From assembly GCA_032718475.1 (NCBI GenBank), contig JAUCBJ010003016.1:17892-81891 (forward strand): 64,000 bases of DNA, read 5' to 3'. The stretch comes from Nemertoderma westbladi. Taxonomy: Eukaryota; Animalia; Xenacoelomorpha. Within the stretch, counting starts at the first letter, position 1. Each line of letters starts with the position of its first letter. The position numbers were made by a program, and so were the translations under genes. Below the pieces are notes generated by a model. The model was not told the DNA's origin. It was given only the letters and a program-made list of their open reading frames with translations, and made no database searches. Below are positions 49,560 to 60,893 of this stretch, piece after piece.

Positions 49560-50210
49560 GTTAATAATTATTTATTACATGGGAAACTGAACTATTTTTT
49601 CAATATTCTCGGGCCATTTTATTTAACGAGCGAAAGCGAGGTTAATAAAGGGTCGAGAGAATATTGAAAAAATATGTTCTACGTTTTTTTCCCATGTAGC
49701 GGCGTCATTTTATTTTTACATTGGTGCGTTTTTGTTGCTCAATTCTATAATAAAAGATCGAACGTTACACAATAAATTGAACTGCAGTATTCCACCATAT
49801 ATTGCTTCCATAGTTACAACGATTCAAATTATTGTAGGACTTCAACTCCTGATGCTGCATTACTCAATGTTAAATAATTTAGTGTTCTCGAATATTTATT
49901 ACGTAACTAGAGAGCCGCTAAACTATATAAGCAACATTGGATATTAAGTTCCGTTTTGGAGTACAACCGGCAGACACTAAAGGTGCAATAACTTTTGAGT
50001 GTCTGCCTAGATTTTGCTCAAACTACATGCAAACCTTTTTCTAAGTCGATGCTCTTTCAACACATGTAATAAAATTTAAGAAATTCCACGAAAATATTTT
50101 ATTTTACTTTTTCCGCCGGGAAAAAAGTAAAATCAATGCAATCCTATGGGTTACTTTTATCTTTAAGGAAAAAAGTGAGTCTCCCATTTGGGGGTATATT
50201 CGAGCGAATA
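49560..50210. repeat. Dispersed AT-rich repeat family (other copies ~58020-59890, interrupted, and ~60085-60467)
   Basis: Shared tcctgatgctg..ttactcaatgttaaataatttag, gggtcgagagaatattgaaaaaatatgttctacg and aaaaagtaaaatcaa.gcaat. Confidence 0.75.
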
Positions 50211-50461
50211 AGTAGGCCTAGGCCTAGCAATTTAAGAATACAATAAATTTTTAGGTCAAAAATTAAGCTACTACGACTCATAATTTCGGTTATTATTAAA
50301 GAGTTTATTAGTTGCTCAGAGATGGGAGCAAAATGTGTAAGAAAAAAATATAGGTAACTAGACTAGGGTGTAACGATGTTGTTGTGTATTAAATCAAAAT
50401 ATATTTAAATGATGGTACGTAAATACCTGGTACGTAATGGAGAAAACATGCAAAAATTTGA

Positions 50462-50534
50462 AGGTCCCACCGAGATTCGAACTCGGGTCACTGGATTCAA
50501 AGTCCAGAGTGCTGAACCACTACACCATGGGACC
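50462..50534 (-). tRNA. tRNA-Gln (TTG)
   Basis: GGTCCCA-TG-GTGT-AGTGGTTCA-GCAC-T-CTGGA-CT-TTG-AA-TCCAG-TGAC-CCGAG-TTCGAAT-CTCGG-TGGGACC-T. All stems pair, and a T5 terminator lies at 50456-50452. Confidence 0.96.
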
Positions 50535-51096
50535 ACGAGAGCGGTGAATTGAATTATTAATCATAATAAGAATTGGAAGTAGCAATGACAAGAAATGAAG
50601 AAAATCTTATATTAATATACAAGAGCGACGCACAATGAATTCCATTTATCCAAAACGGCAAATCGTCTCAGATTGACATACAGTATCTACTGTTGTTGTT
50701 GTATCTACCGTACTGTATCGTACTATACCGTACTATACGCTCACTGTATCAGCTAATTAACAAGATGATTCTAACTTGAAGTATTTTATTGACGTCTGAT
50801 AGATGTTTGTAGGCTTTACTATACTATATTACCTTGTTAAGGGATATTTAACGAGTGACTGTTTGGAAATGTCAACAGCGGTGTTTCCTATGTAGAATTT
50901 CAAGCCCAAAGGCGAACTACAGAATATAACGTAAATGGAAAATATATTTAGAAATAACCTTTTTCCACTTTTTAGGTGAAGTATAGTATCAGGATATAAG
51001 ATTAAGATGTAATACATACTACAGTAGGAGTAAAACTCTTGGTCGATATATGTGACCTTTAAGCAGCAAAAGCTATATAATAGGCCTAATTATATT

Positions 51097-51914
51097 GAAT
51101 CGAATCAGGGATCCCATTAAGAGACTGAACCGTGGAAATCAGAATGGGTTCCGTAAAGTTCGTGGGACCATGGAGCCCATTTTGGCACTTAGAAGGATAA
51201 TTGAAGAGTTATCAAAAAGGAAAGATAGACATCTGACTGTTATCTTTTTTGACTACTTTAAGCATAGGGCCTAGGCCTACTAGCATTATATGGGATTCCT
51301 GAGGAAAAAAGAGGGAGCCCAACAGCTTTCCAGCTCATTAGAACAGGCTGCTTCTAGTGTTGGTCTTTTTATAACTCCAAGAAGACCAAATTTTCCATAA
51401 TTAACTTGGACACTCACAAAATATCAACCTCAGAAAATATCTGATCGAATGAGCATAAGCTCAAAGGATGGTATGCTTGATGGTGTGGATGACTTCTGCT
51501 ACTTGGTATCATGGCTCCGGAAGTCAGGTGCACGGAAGTCGTATACGTAAGGAAAGGCATGGACAGCATTGAAAGGGAAGTCCGGAATTTGAAGTCACAT
51601 TCTGGAAGACAGAAGGCTCTATTACTTAGCGCAGAGTACTGTAGAACCAGTTCTCATACAGTATATGGGACGAAATTTCTGAATGGCTCTGATACAAGAA
51701 TGCTACGCCGGATTCACTGTGTCGGTATTGGTGAAAAATATCGCGTGTAAAAACATTGAATATTGAAAATTATCAATTACAATGCACATATATCCCACCA
51801 GACACTACGACCGGTATACTGTAGGTCTATAGCAGGGGAGATGTCTCATTGGTCCCCCCAACCTTGAAACTTGAAAAAAGCCATCCGCTTTGCAGGACAT
51901 TGCTTTCGCCGTGA
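51097..51914 (+). mobile_element. Degenerate, internally deleted RTE copy
   Basis: Diverged matches to 26597-27670 (cagggatcccatt, gggaccatggagcccattttggcac, ccgctttgcaggacattgctttcgccgtga). Confidence 0.85.
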
Positions 51915-51919
51915 ACATG

Positions 51920-52050
51920 ACAATGAGCAACAACGAGCAATAATAAAGTACAACAAGGAGCAACAACAATCAACAATGAACAACAACGAGCAATAATAAA
52001 GAACAACAACGTGTAACAATGAGCAACAATGATCAACCAAAATAGCAATA
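51920..52050. repeat. CAA-rich modular repeat (inverted partner of 56477-56916)
   Basis: acaatgagcaacaacgagcaataataaagtacaacaa. Confidence 0.8.
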
Positions 52051-52272
52051 AATTTGAGTGGTAACCAAAACAATAAACGAAAGTTAAGACATGTTACAAG
52101 ATTATGGGTCTGGTCACAAAAAGCTGAGGTAATAAGGGTCCGGTCAATAATACAAGTAAAATATAAATCAAATATAAAGCTTCAATACGGTATTTAGAGG
52201 GTCCGCCCGGTCAGTAGCCACTTCCCTGTAACTCCTAGGCAACTAACTGACTAACCTTAACCCAGTAACCTA

Positions 52273-55200
52273 CTACTACTACTAGGATCGGCATGCTGCA
52301 TTGCAGCTGCATTTTTAAGAATGCTGTGCCGGCTTGTCAACAAAATTGCACCGCCACAACTCCCTATCACCCATGACATTTGCAAGATCATCCGCATCTT
52401 TAAGGCCAGTGTCCTTTAAGATGCGTCTCAAGAAAGTCATGGGCTGTCCACCATGCTTATTTACTCCATGAGGCTGCCAAAGTACAAGATTATGCACTGG
52501 CTGGTCCTCACTACTCACTGGAACTACTGCTGCTCTAAATAATCGGACCTTAAGTTTCCGATTAATTCTAGGTGCCTTCCAAATCCTGGAAAGCCTATTC
52601 AAGGCTGCCCATGCCTTTCCCTTACGTATTCGAAGGTCCTCACCTGATTTCCGGATCCATGATCCCAGGTAACAGAAGTCGTCCACATGCTCAAGCATAC
52701 CATCCTTTGAGCTTATGCTCATCCGATCAGAGACTTGCTGAGGACATTCAAAGTTAACTGTCAGAATTTTGGTCTTTCTGGAGTTAATAAAAAGACCAAC
52801 ACTAGAAGCAGCATGTTCTAATGAGCTGAGGAGCCGCTGGGCTCCCTCTAATGATTCTGAGAGTACTCCTAAGTCATCAGCAAAGTCTAGATCAGTTAGG
52901 TACTTGGCAGGATTTCCTCGACTTCTGGAGCCAGTAGGTGGAGTTATCATCACCCCATCATCATTATGATGATCTAAGGACATGCGTAGAACATAGTCAA
53001 CCACAATAATGAACAAGAATGGTGCAAGTGTGTCTCCTTGGAGGACGCCCCATAACACTTCAAATGGTTCTGTGTCACCGTCAACAGTAGACACAAATGT
53101 TGTCGAACCATCGTATACTGATCTGATTGCTGCAATAATTTCATCAGGAATCCCATATAATGAAAGTATGCTGAACATACGTGAGCGAGAGACTGAATCA
53201 AAGGCCTTGAAGAAGTCAACAAAGATAACAGCCAGATGCCTGTCTTTCTTTTTTGATAACTCTTCAATTATCCTGAGCGAGAGACTGAATCAAAGGCCTT
53301 GAAGAAGTCAACAAAGATAACAGCCAGATGCCTGTCTTTCTTTTTTGATAACTCTTCAATTATCCTTCTAAGTGCCAAAATGGGCTCCATGGTCCCACGA
53401 CCTTTACGGAACCCATTCTGATTTCCACGTAGCAGTCTCTCAATGGGATCCCTGATGCGATTTAATAGAATTCTATTGTATAGTTTTGCAGCAATCGAGA
53501 TCAATGAGATTCCCCGAAAAGAACCATAGAGGGTTAGGTTGCCCTTCTTGGGAACTGGCACCAACTTATTTGTTTTCATTTCTTGTGGGACTCTTGTTGT
53601 ACGGTACATGTCTACTATGATGGGATAGATGAGCTTTAAACACTCAGGTATTTTAAAGACCTCAGGGGGAACACCATCTACTCCACTGGCACGATTGGTC
53701 TTAATGCTCTTTGCAGCAGCCTTCACTTCTGCAAAGGAGATATCGCCAATGGGAATATCTGGGAGTACAGACTCAGACACTTTTACTTCTATAAAGTTAT
53801 CAGGCAATACCCTGTCATTATTGAGGAGCTTTTCAAAGTGGGCTTTCCAACCATTGAGGCGATCGGCTGGTGATTCAGCCTTAACCTTGGTGGTTGGTTG
53901 GCTTTTCCGCCCAGTAAGCAGATTGATCGATTTCCATGCCTGGGATGATTGCCTGCTGTCGTCAGCATCATTGATGGCATCAACCTGTTGGTTTATTAGC
54001 TCCTGTAGATTAACAGAGTACTGCCTGTTCAGGGACCTAGATGCAGCTTTAACTGCATTCTTGGCCGCTGTAGTCTGTTTGAGTCGGGACTCTTTCTGCG
54101 CCTTATGAAGGTCATTTCGGCACTTCTGAATTTTGTTGTCAGTCCAGGGGGCCCTTTTACTGTTTCGAGGGTATACAGGAACTGTTTCTGCAGCTGCTAA
54201 CTTAACTGCTTCTGTAAAGGCAGTATAGCCCTCACAGTGATCTGCCGCCTCAGAGGCAAGAGCCTCATACCTGTTGCTCAGCTGTAGTGTGAAGCTGGAT
54301 CTCACACTTGGCTGTTGCAACAGAGAGGACCAGTCATGCCGTGGCAAGGCAGATTTCGTTGTTCTGCTAGCACGCAGACTAAGTCTTACCTTGGCCACAA
54401 TAAGGCGGTGATCACTGGAGAAGGGTCGAAGTGTAAATGCATTACAGTCTTGTATAGAGCTCCTGTATTTCCTACGAAACAGAATATGGTCTATCTGGGA
54501 CTTGTGACCACTGGGTCCACTATGAGTCCATAGCTTTCCAGTTCGCTTCTTGAACTGGGTTCCGGCCGAAAACAATCCATTTCCAGAGATAAAATCCTGA
54601 AGATGGACAGAATTTCGGTTAACACTATTGCTATAGACCCAGGGCGATGTAGGTGATTGATGCAGACTTGCATTAAAGTCTCCCAGGAATGTTAAGAATG
54701 CATGCTGATCCACTCCATCAGTTGCTGCTTGTAGATTGTGGTAGAAATTTTCCACCTCCTCTACAGGGGCAACACTAGTTGGAGAGTAGCACACAATCAG
54801 AACCACCTTAGGAAACTTCTTAGCCAGTCTTCCAGAACATGAGAAGTGGCAACGGATGATGCGGTTAGAGATTTGGTCTATTTTGTCCAATGCTGCATGT
54901 GCAGTTGGATTCATCAATAGACCAATTCCACCATTGCCACTATCATCTGCTGACGCGAGGGCGAGTCGCCAACCGCCCCCCATGTCCTTAATCAGAACCT
55001 CATCAGTCTGTCCAGTCTGCATTCGGTGCTCTTGAACACCCACTGCGCTAAGAGAAAGCTTATCTGCCAAGGCAGTCAGCTCACCTTGTCGCATTGGGGA
55101 CCCGAGTGTTAGGGTGTTTACTGAGGCTAGTCTAGTGACTTGCCTCAGATTCACCAATGGCTTTGTTGGTCGGGGTGGAACATGAGAGTAGCCTCCAACT

Positions 55201-55907
55201 CCAGAATCCCTCTCCCCATCACAATCTGGCCTCCCTGGTGACCCAGGGTTTGGGCCAGAAAGGTCATCAGGAAAGGGACTCAAAGAATTGTTGGCTGCTC
55301 TCTCTCCAGTAGGGGGTGAGACAGGCAGCCGGTCAGGAGTTAACTGACGCCTGTGAGGCCGATTGTGTCCGGTAATTCCACTGGCCTCTAGTGGCCGGAC
55401 CTCCGCATTGCTAATGTAATCCATAGTGGGGGTTGGGGGGTGCTTTTTTGCCGAGTCAGCTCTCGGGGCAAATAACACACCCTGGTTTGCCATTCCACAG
55501 GGTGGGTGTCGCAATGGAGTCAGATATCAGGCCCATCACCCATATCTACTCTGGCGCACATGACCCACCATTGGCTGTTGCAGCTCATCTGCTGGGTCAT
55601 GCCCTGTACCCTTGCTGCCAGGTGCAGGTCGCAGTGGAGTGCTCTCAGAGTGGACATGAGAACACTCTACTCCTGACCAGCCATTGGTAGATCACCATCT
55701 GCCTGGTCAGGCCATATACCCCTGCAGCCAAGTATATGGGTCCTTAATCCAGGACCAAGGGCGTCCTTATCCCAGAACGAAGGGGGTCCTAGTTACAGGA
55801 CCAGATTTGCCCTAGTAAGAGGGTCTATGCAGCTACAGGTGGCACCTCCTTTATGCTGCATGGAGGTGGCAAGTTTTCTTGATCAATGACCTAGAATACC
55901 TGACCTG
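52273..55907 (-). mobile_element. Full-length RTE LINE, inactivated by a 92-bp duplication and a 215-bp deletion
   Basis: 13-bp TSD ACCCAGTAACCTA (52260-52272 / 55908-55920), (TAG)n tail and ~400-nt 5' UTR. ORF split into 53268-55514 and 52315-53178. Near-identical to 24925-27900. Confidence 0.95.
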
Positions 55908-56476
55908 ACCCAGTAACCTAAATAACAAATCAAATACAAAATAGGCTTGGCCTCCCCATCCCACAAGCTATACAGTAGTCTGTAATATAGAACGCTAGGC
56001 AGACTTCAGGACTGCCGAGCAATCAGGTCACTGTCCAACTGTATAAAATACAAAATAATAATACGAAAACCATTTCACACTTCACTCAGTAACTAAGTAC
56101 CGTACATCAGACAGTCAGAACTAGATAATAGGTTGAGGGGGTGGAGGGCCCTGAAACCGCATTGTACCGATAATAGAACTACATGACTTTACGGCAATTC
56201 ATTAATTATCTCCAGCATTAGGTATTATTGTTAGTACCGGTAAGTTTCAACGACACTAGCCGAACAGAACAAGACTGATAGACTGGAATCACGTAAACTG
56301 ATAAATATTTGTAGGCCTACCGGACCGGTCCCGATATAGCAGTATCGTGCACCGTATTGATGACATTAAGGGTATGTAAGCATTTTTTTTATTAAGTTCT
56401 TGGTTGGGAATTTATTTATATCCTACAGTACATATATATTCGGGATTACTAGGATACATTATACTGCATAAGTATC

Positions 56477-56916
56477 ATTGTTGCTCGTTGTTGTACTTTA
56501 TTATTGTTCGTTATTGCTCATTGTTGCTCGTTGTTTGGTGCTCGTTGTTGCACAGTGGTGCTCGTTGTTGCTCATTGGTGTTCGTTGTTGCTCATTGTTG
56601 CTCATTGTTGTACTTTATTATTGCTCATTGTTGTTCGTTGTTGCTCGTTGTTGTACTTTATTATTGCTCGTTGTTGCTCATTGTTGCATCGTTGTTGCTC
56701 TTATTGTTGCCAATTATTGCTCGCTGTTGCCCATTGCTGATCGTTGTTGCTCATTGTTGTTCGTTGTTGCTCATTGTTGCTCGTTGTTGTACTTTATTAT
56801 TGCTCGTTGTTGCTCATTGTTGCTCGTTGTTGTACTTTATTATTGCCCATTGTTGCTCGTTGTTGTACTTTATTATTGCTCATTGTTGCTCGTTGTTGGT
56901 CATTGTTGCTCATTGT
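56477..56916. repeat. TTG-rich modular repeat
   Basis: Modules ttgttgctc(a/g) and ttgttgtactttattattg. Confidence 0.9.
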
Positions 56917-58267
56917 GCATTTTAGCACCTACCGAACAGAGTCATAATACATTGAGAATGGCTAAGCTGATAACCCATAAAGTCTGATGTTTCCTTTTTT
57001 GGGACATACAGTACTGTAATTATGTCCTACAGGCTCTTGTCATGATTACTTCTGGTGAAATCTAAGGGCTATACTGTATGTCCCGCGGAGAATGTGGTGA
57101 ATATAAGATCTGGAGTAAGTGCATCAGTTATATAATAGGCAACATAGGCCTAAACCAGATTATATAAAAATGTATTCGAAATGTATGTAGTTTGACAAAG
57201 GATTTAAAGGTTTAAAGGTGTACCTTTGAATATGTTGAAATTGATATTACAGAAATTGGTTAATCAATAATATAGGTGGAACACGGAAATTTCCTTACAC
57301 CGAGCAATTATTGTATAATTGTTGTATCAGTTACCATAATGGGGAAATTTTCGATACATTTAAAAATTGTATGATACAGTACTGCAGTACTTCTACAGAG
57401 ATACAAATCAAATATATCTTAATACATATAATACTGTAATGTATTATATCAAATATCATCAAGCCAAAAATTATAATTATGTAGGCCTAATAATTTAAAG
57501 CATATAATAAATAATAGTTAAATATAATTCCAACAAAAACCTTTGAATTAATAAGGAACTGGTCACCATGTTTGCATTTGAAATGGAGTAGGATCATCTA
57601 GAGTTGTCTACCAATCAAAACATTTATTTCCTCACACCAGTAGGCCATCATTTGAGGATTAACCAATCAAACAAGAACAAGGCATAAAGTAGCATTGCCA
57701 TATTTGGCCATTCTTTTCACTTATATTCAGAAAATTTACTAAAGAATGAATACGAAATATCAATTAAGCTATATTTAATAATCTTAGGATATATTATAAT
57801 ATATCTAAAATAAAAACTATACAAATTGCTACTAATTTTTCAAGAAAATTAAATCGCAATGCGTAAATTCGTTGCTGTTTCCGGGCTTAGGCCTATACGT
57901 ATCACAAACATCGGTAGGCCTGCAGCTATTGAATTGACCTAATATACATAATAATAGATAGAAGATGAGCGTGCTAAATTATTCTGGGACTTACTTATTT
58001 ATTATCATAATTATATAGCACTTAACAATCCAACGCTCTATCTTTTATTAACGAATTGAGCAACAAAAAAGTACCAATTTAAGAATAAATTACGTTTTTT
58101 ACTATTCTCGAGCTATTTTATTTACCGAGCGTCAGCTGGGTTAAGTAAAGGGTCGAGAGAATATTGAAAAAATATGTTCTACGTTTTACAACGATGTAAT
58201 ACGTAATTTTATTCTTAAATTGGCTTATTTTTTGTTGCTTTAATTCTTTAATAAAAGAAAGAGCGAT

Positions 58268-59387
58268 GGGTCGATTACGCAAAAAATGGCCAAATTCCAG
58301 GTTAAAAAATAAAAAAAAAATTTCTCAAACCCTATCAAACCATACAAATTTGAAAGCCCTTAGCGTGCTGATTTCAAATTTCATATTGGTTCATTTTTTC
58401 TACCAATAGTAAAAAAGTTATGGACGAAAACGTATGTCTCGTCGGTAACGCTTTGTCTCATATAAATTTCCTTGTTTAAACATGCGTTACGTTTTGGACA
58501 TGTCTCATCTGTAACGACAGTTTATTTGCGTTACATCTTTCTGTGCATGCTTTACAAGTGAGACAGCGTTACAATGCGTTACATACCGTTACATGCAGGA
58601 CAACTGTGGACATGCTTAGCAATCTCATTACGTTAACGTGAAAGCTTGACCTTGTATATCATTAGATAGCGCTTTCAGAAGCGGTATAAATAAACTTTAC
58701 ATTAAGTAAATCCGATTTGTGGAAGAAAAGTTAGAGCAAAAATAAGGGCGTTACAAGATGGACATTTCCAATGACGTTAAAAAACTACTTGGCAAACTTT
58801 TGGGCATAATTTCTGCTGGACTTATCGATTACCGTTCATTCGTATATGTATCGGATAGCCAATAAAATTATCTTTCGGAAAATACTTACCTTGAAACAAA
58901 CACATTTCACAATAAAAGGTTATGTTTCAAATACGAGCGTTACAACACCTAAAAAATTTATAAAAACGAACATGTAGCATTTTTCATTCCTCAAGAAACA
59001 AAACTATAAAGGAGTGTACCCCAGTAACGACTAGTACTGGATTGTAGATCATGAAATAAGCTTTTAGCTGATATATAGTTTACTGGATATATGATATATA
59101 TGGTTATATGATATTATATAATATATATATATTATATATATGATATATAGTTTGTATCTCAAAAACAGAGCATCAGACATTGCATTATATGTCCATTTCG
59201 TGCTTGTAATCTAAGGAAATATATGTCAAATTGCTTAAAACCAATGCCAAAAAATGGGCGAAAATTCGCTCTATGGAAATATATACATAGGTTTATATGG
59301 TTTGGGTTATTTTCTGCTGAGTTATGGCTCATGGAATGGCGAAATTACGTCTGACACAATTTTGACCACTTTTTGCGTAATCGACCC
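58268..59387. mobile_element. Non-autonomous TIR transposon (Harbinger-like termini)
   Basis: TIR GGGTCGATTACGCAAAAA / TTTTTGCGTAATCGACCC and 3-bp TSD GAT. It interrupts the dispersed repeat that is intact at ~49750. Confidence 0.8.
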
Positions 59388-60893
59388 GATAGTTGCGTTG
59401 CAAAATAAATTGAACTGTAGTATTCCACTATATTGCTTCCATAGTTACTGCGATTCCAATTATTGTAATATTCAACAACTCCTGATGCTGCCTTACTCAA
59501 TGTTAAATAATTTAGTGTTCTCGAATATTTATTACGTAACTAGAGAGCCGCTTAAACATGTAAACCAATATTGGATATTGAGTTTCGCCATTATGCTCAA
59601 ATTACTTGCAAACCTTTTCTACTTCGATGCTCTTTCAACTCATGTAATAAAATTAAAGAAATTCCCCCAAAATATTGTAATTACTTTTTACGCCGGGAAA
59701 AAAGTAAAATCAACGCAATAATGCTATGAGTTACTTTTTTCTCGAGGGAAAAGTATTCTTTTTCTCCCGATTTTGGTGATATTCGAGCGAAAAAAGTAAT
59801 AATTAAAAAATAAATATTTTTACTCAGGAAAAGAAGTGGTTTCGGTTATTCTTGAGACATATTATTTACCGAGCGCGAGCGAGGTTAATAATGAAAAATA
59901 AGCACGGGTGCGCTGCGCATGCCGCACTGCGGAGAATGTAATGGTATGTGTGCTGGTGAGCAAATCCCACTAAGTGTCACAACGAAGGAATTTATGTTCG
60001 CGTTGGCGGTACTAAAATACTAAAAATATTTGTATTCTTAATAAATTTTATTTTTCTTATTTTTATTCTAAATTTGATTGTACTCTTCAAATCCTGATGC
60101 TGCCTTACTCAATGTTAAATAATTTAGTAAAAGAGTAGAATAGACGAGTAGAATAAATCGAGTATTTATATATATTTTTATTTATATTTACATAAACTAA
60201 TAATTGATATTGAGTGCTGTTTTGGAGTTCGTCTTGCAGACACTAAAGTAGATTTTGTTAGTGGATTTTGCTCAAATTACGTGCAAAACTTTTCAAGCTG
60301 AAAGAGATGTTACTGATATTGAAAAATAAATGCCACCAAAATATTTTCACATTATTTTTCTTATTTTACATTTTTCGCCTGGAAAAATGTAAAATCAATG
60401 CAATTCTATGTGTTACTTTTTCTTGAGGGGAAAAAAGTCACCCGTTCTCCCGACTTTGGGGTATATTGGAATGATGGGTCCGAATCATCCGGGTCATAAT
60501 TGTCCGGATACTGAATAGGACAAATGGCACCCTAAAGTAAAGTATTTAATATGCAAAGAATTGTATTTGGTATTATTTTGATCAATTATTTTACTAGCTA
60601 CTTTTTTTTTAAAGAAAATATTATTGATTTTTTAAAAATCATCATGTTCTAGAACATAATCGATATTTAAAAGCAAAAAAATATCTGGGGACGAGAAGTC
60701 GGAGGATGGAAAGGTCCCGCCATGATTTTTCGTCCAAGAGTCCAAATTCTTCAAGTCTCAATTGTCATATATTACGGACTAATTTATTGCTGTAATAAAT
60801 ATTAATAATAATAAATAGATAGATATCGAATGGGTAGCTAATATATGATCAATTAATTCGGAATATGATTATTGATATTATATGATTACATAA

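Noticed and set aside
55780-55907. Canonical HDV-like or twister ribozyme at the RTE 5' end
   Set aside because: I could not place P3/L3, the P1.1 GG or the J4/2 cytosine, nor twister core motifs; only a simple pseudoknot is supported.
56404-56987. Hydrophobic Cys/Leu-rich ORFs
   Set aside because: Translations of the TTG-rich repeat.
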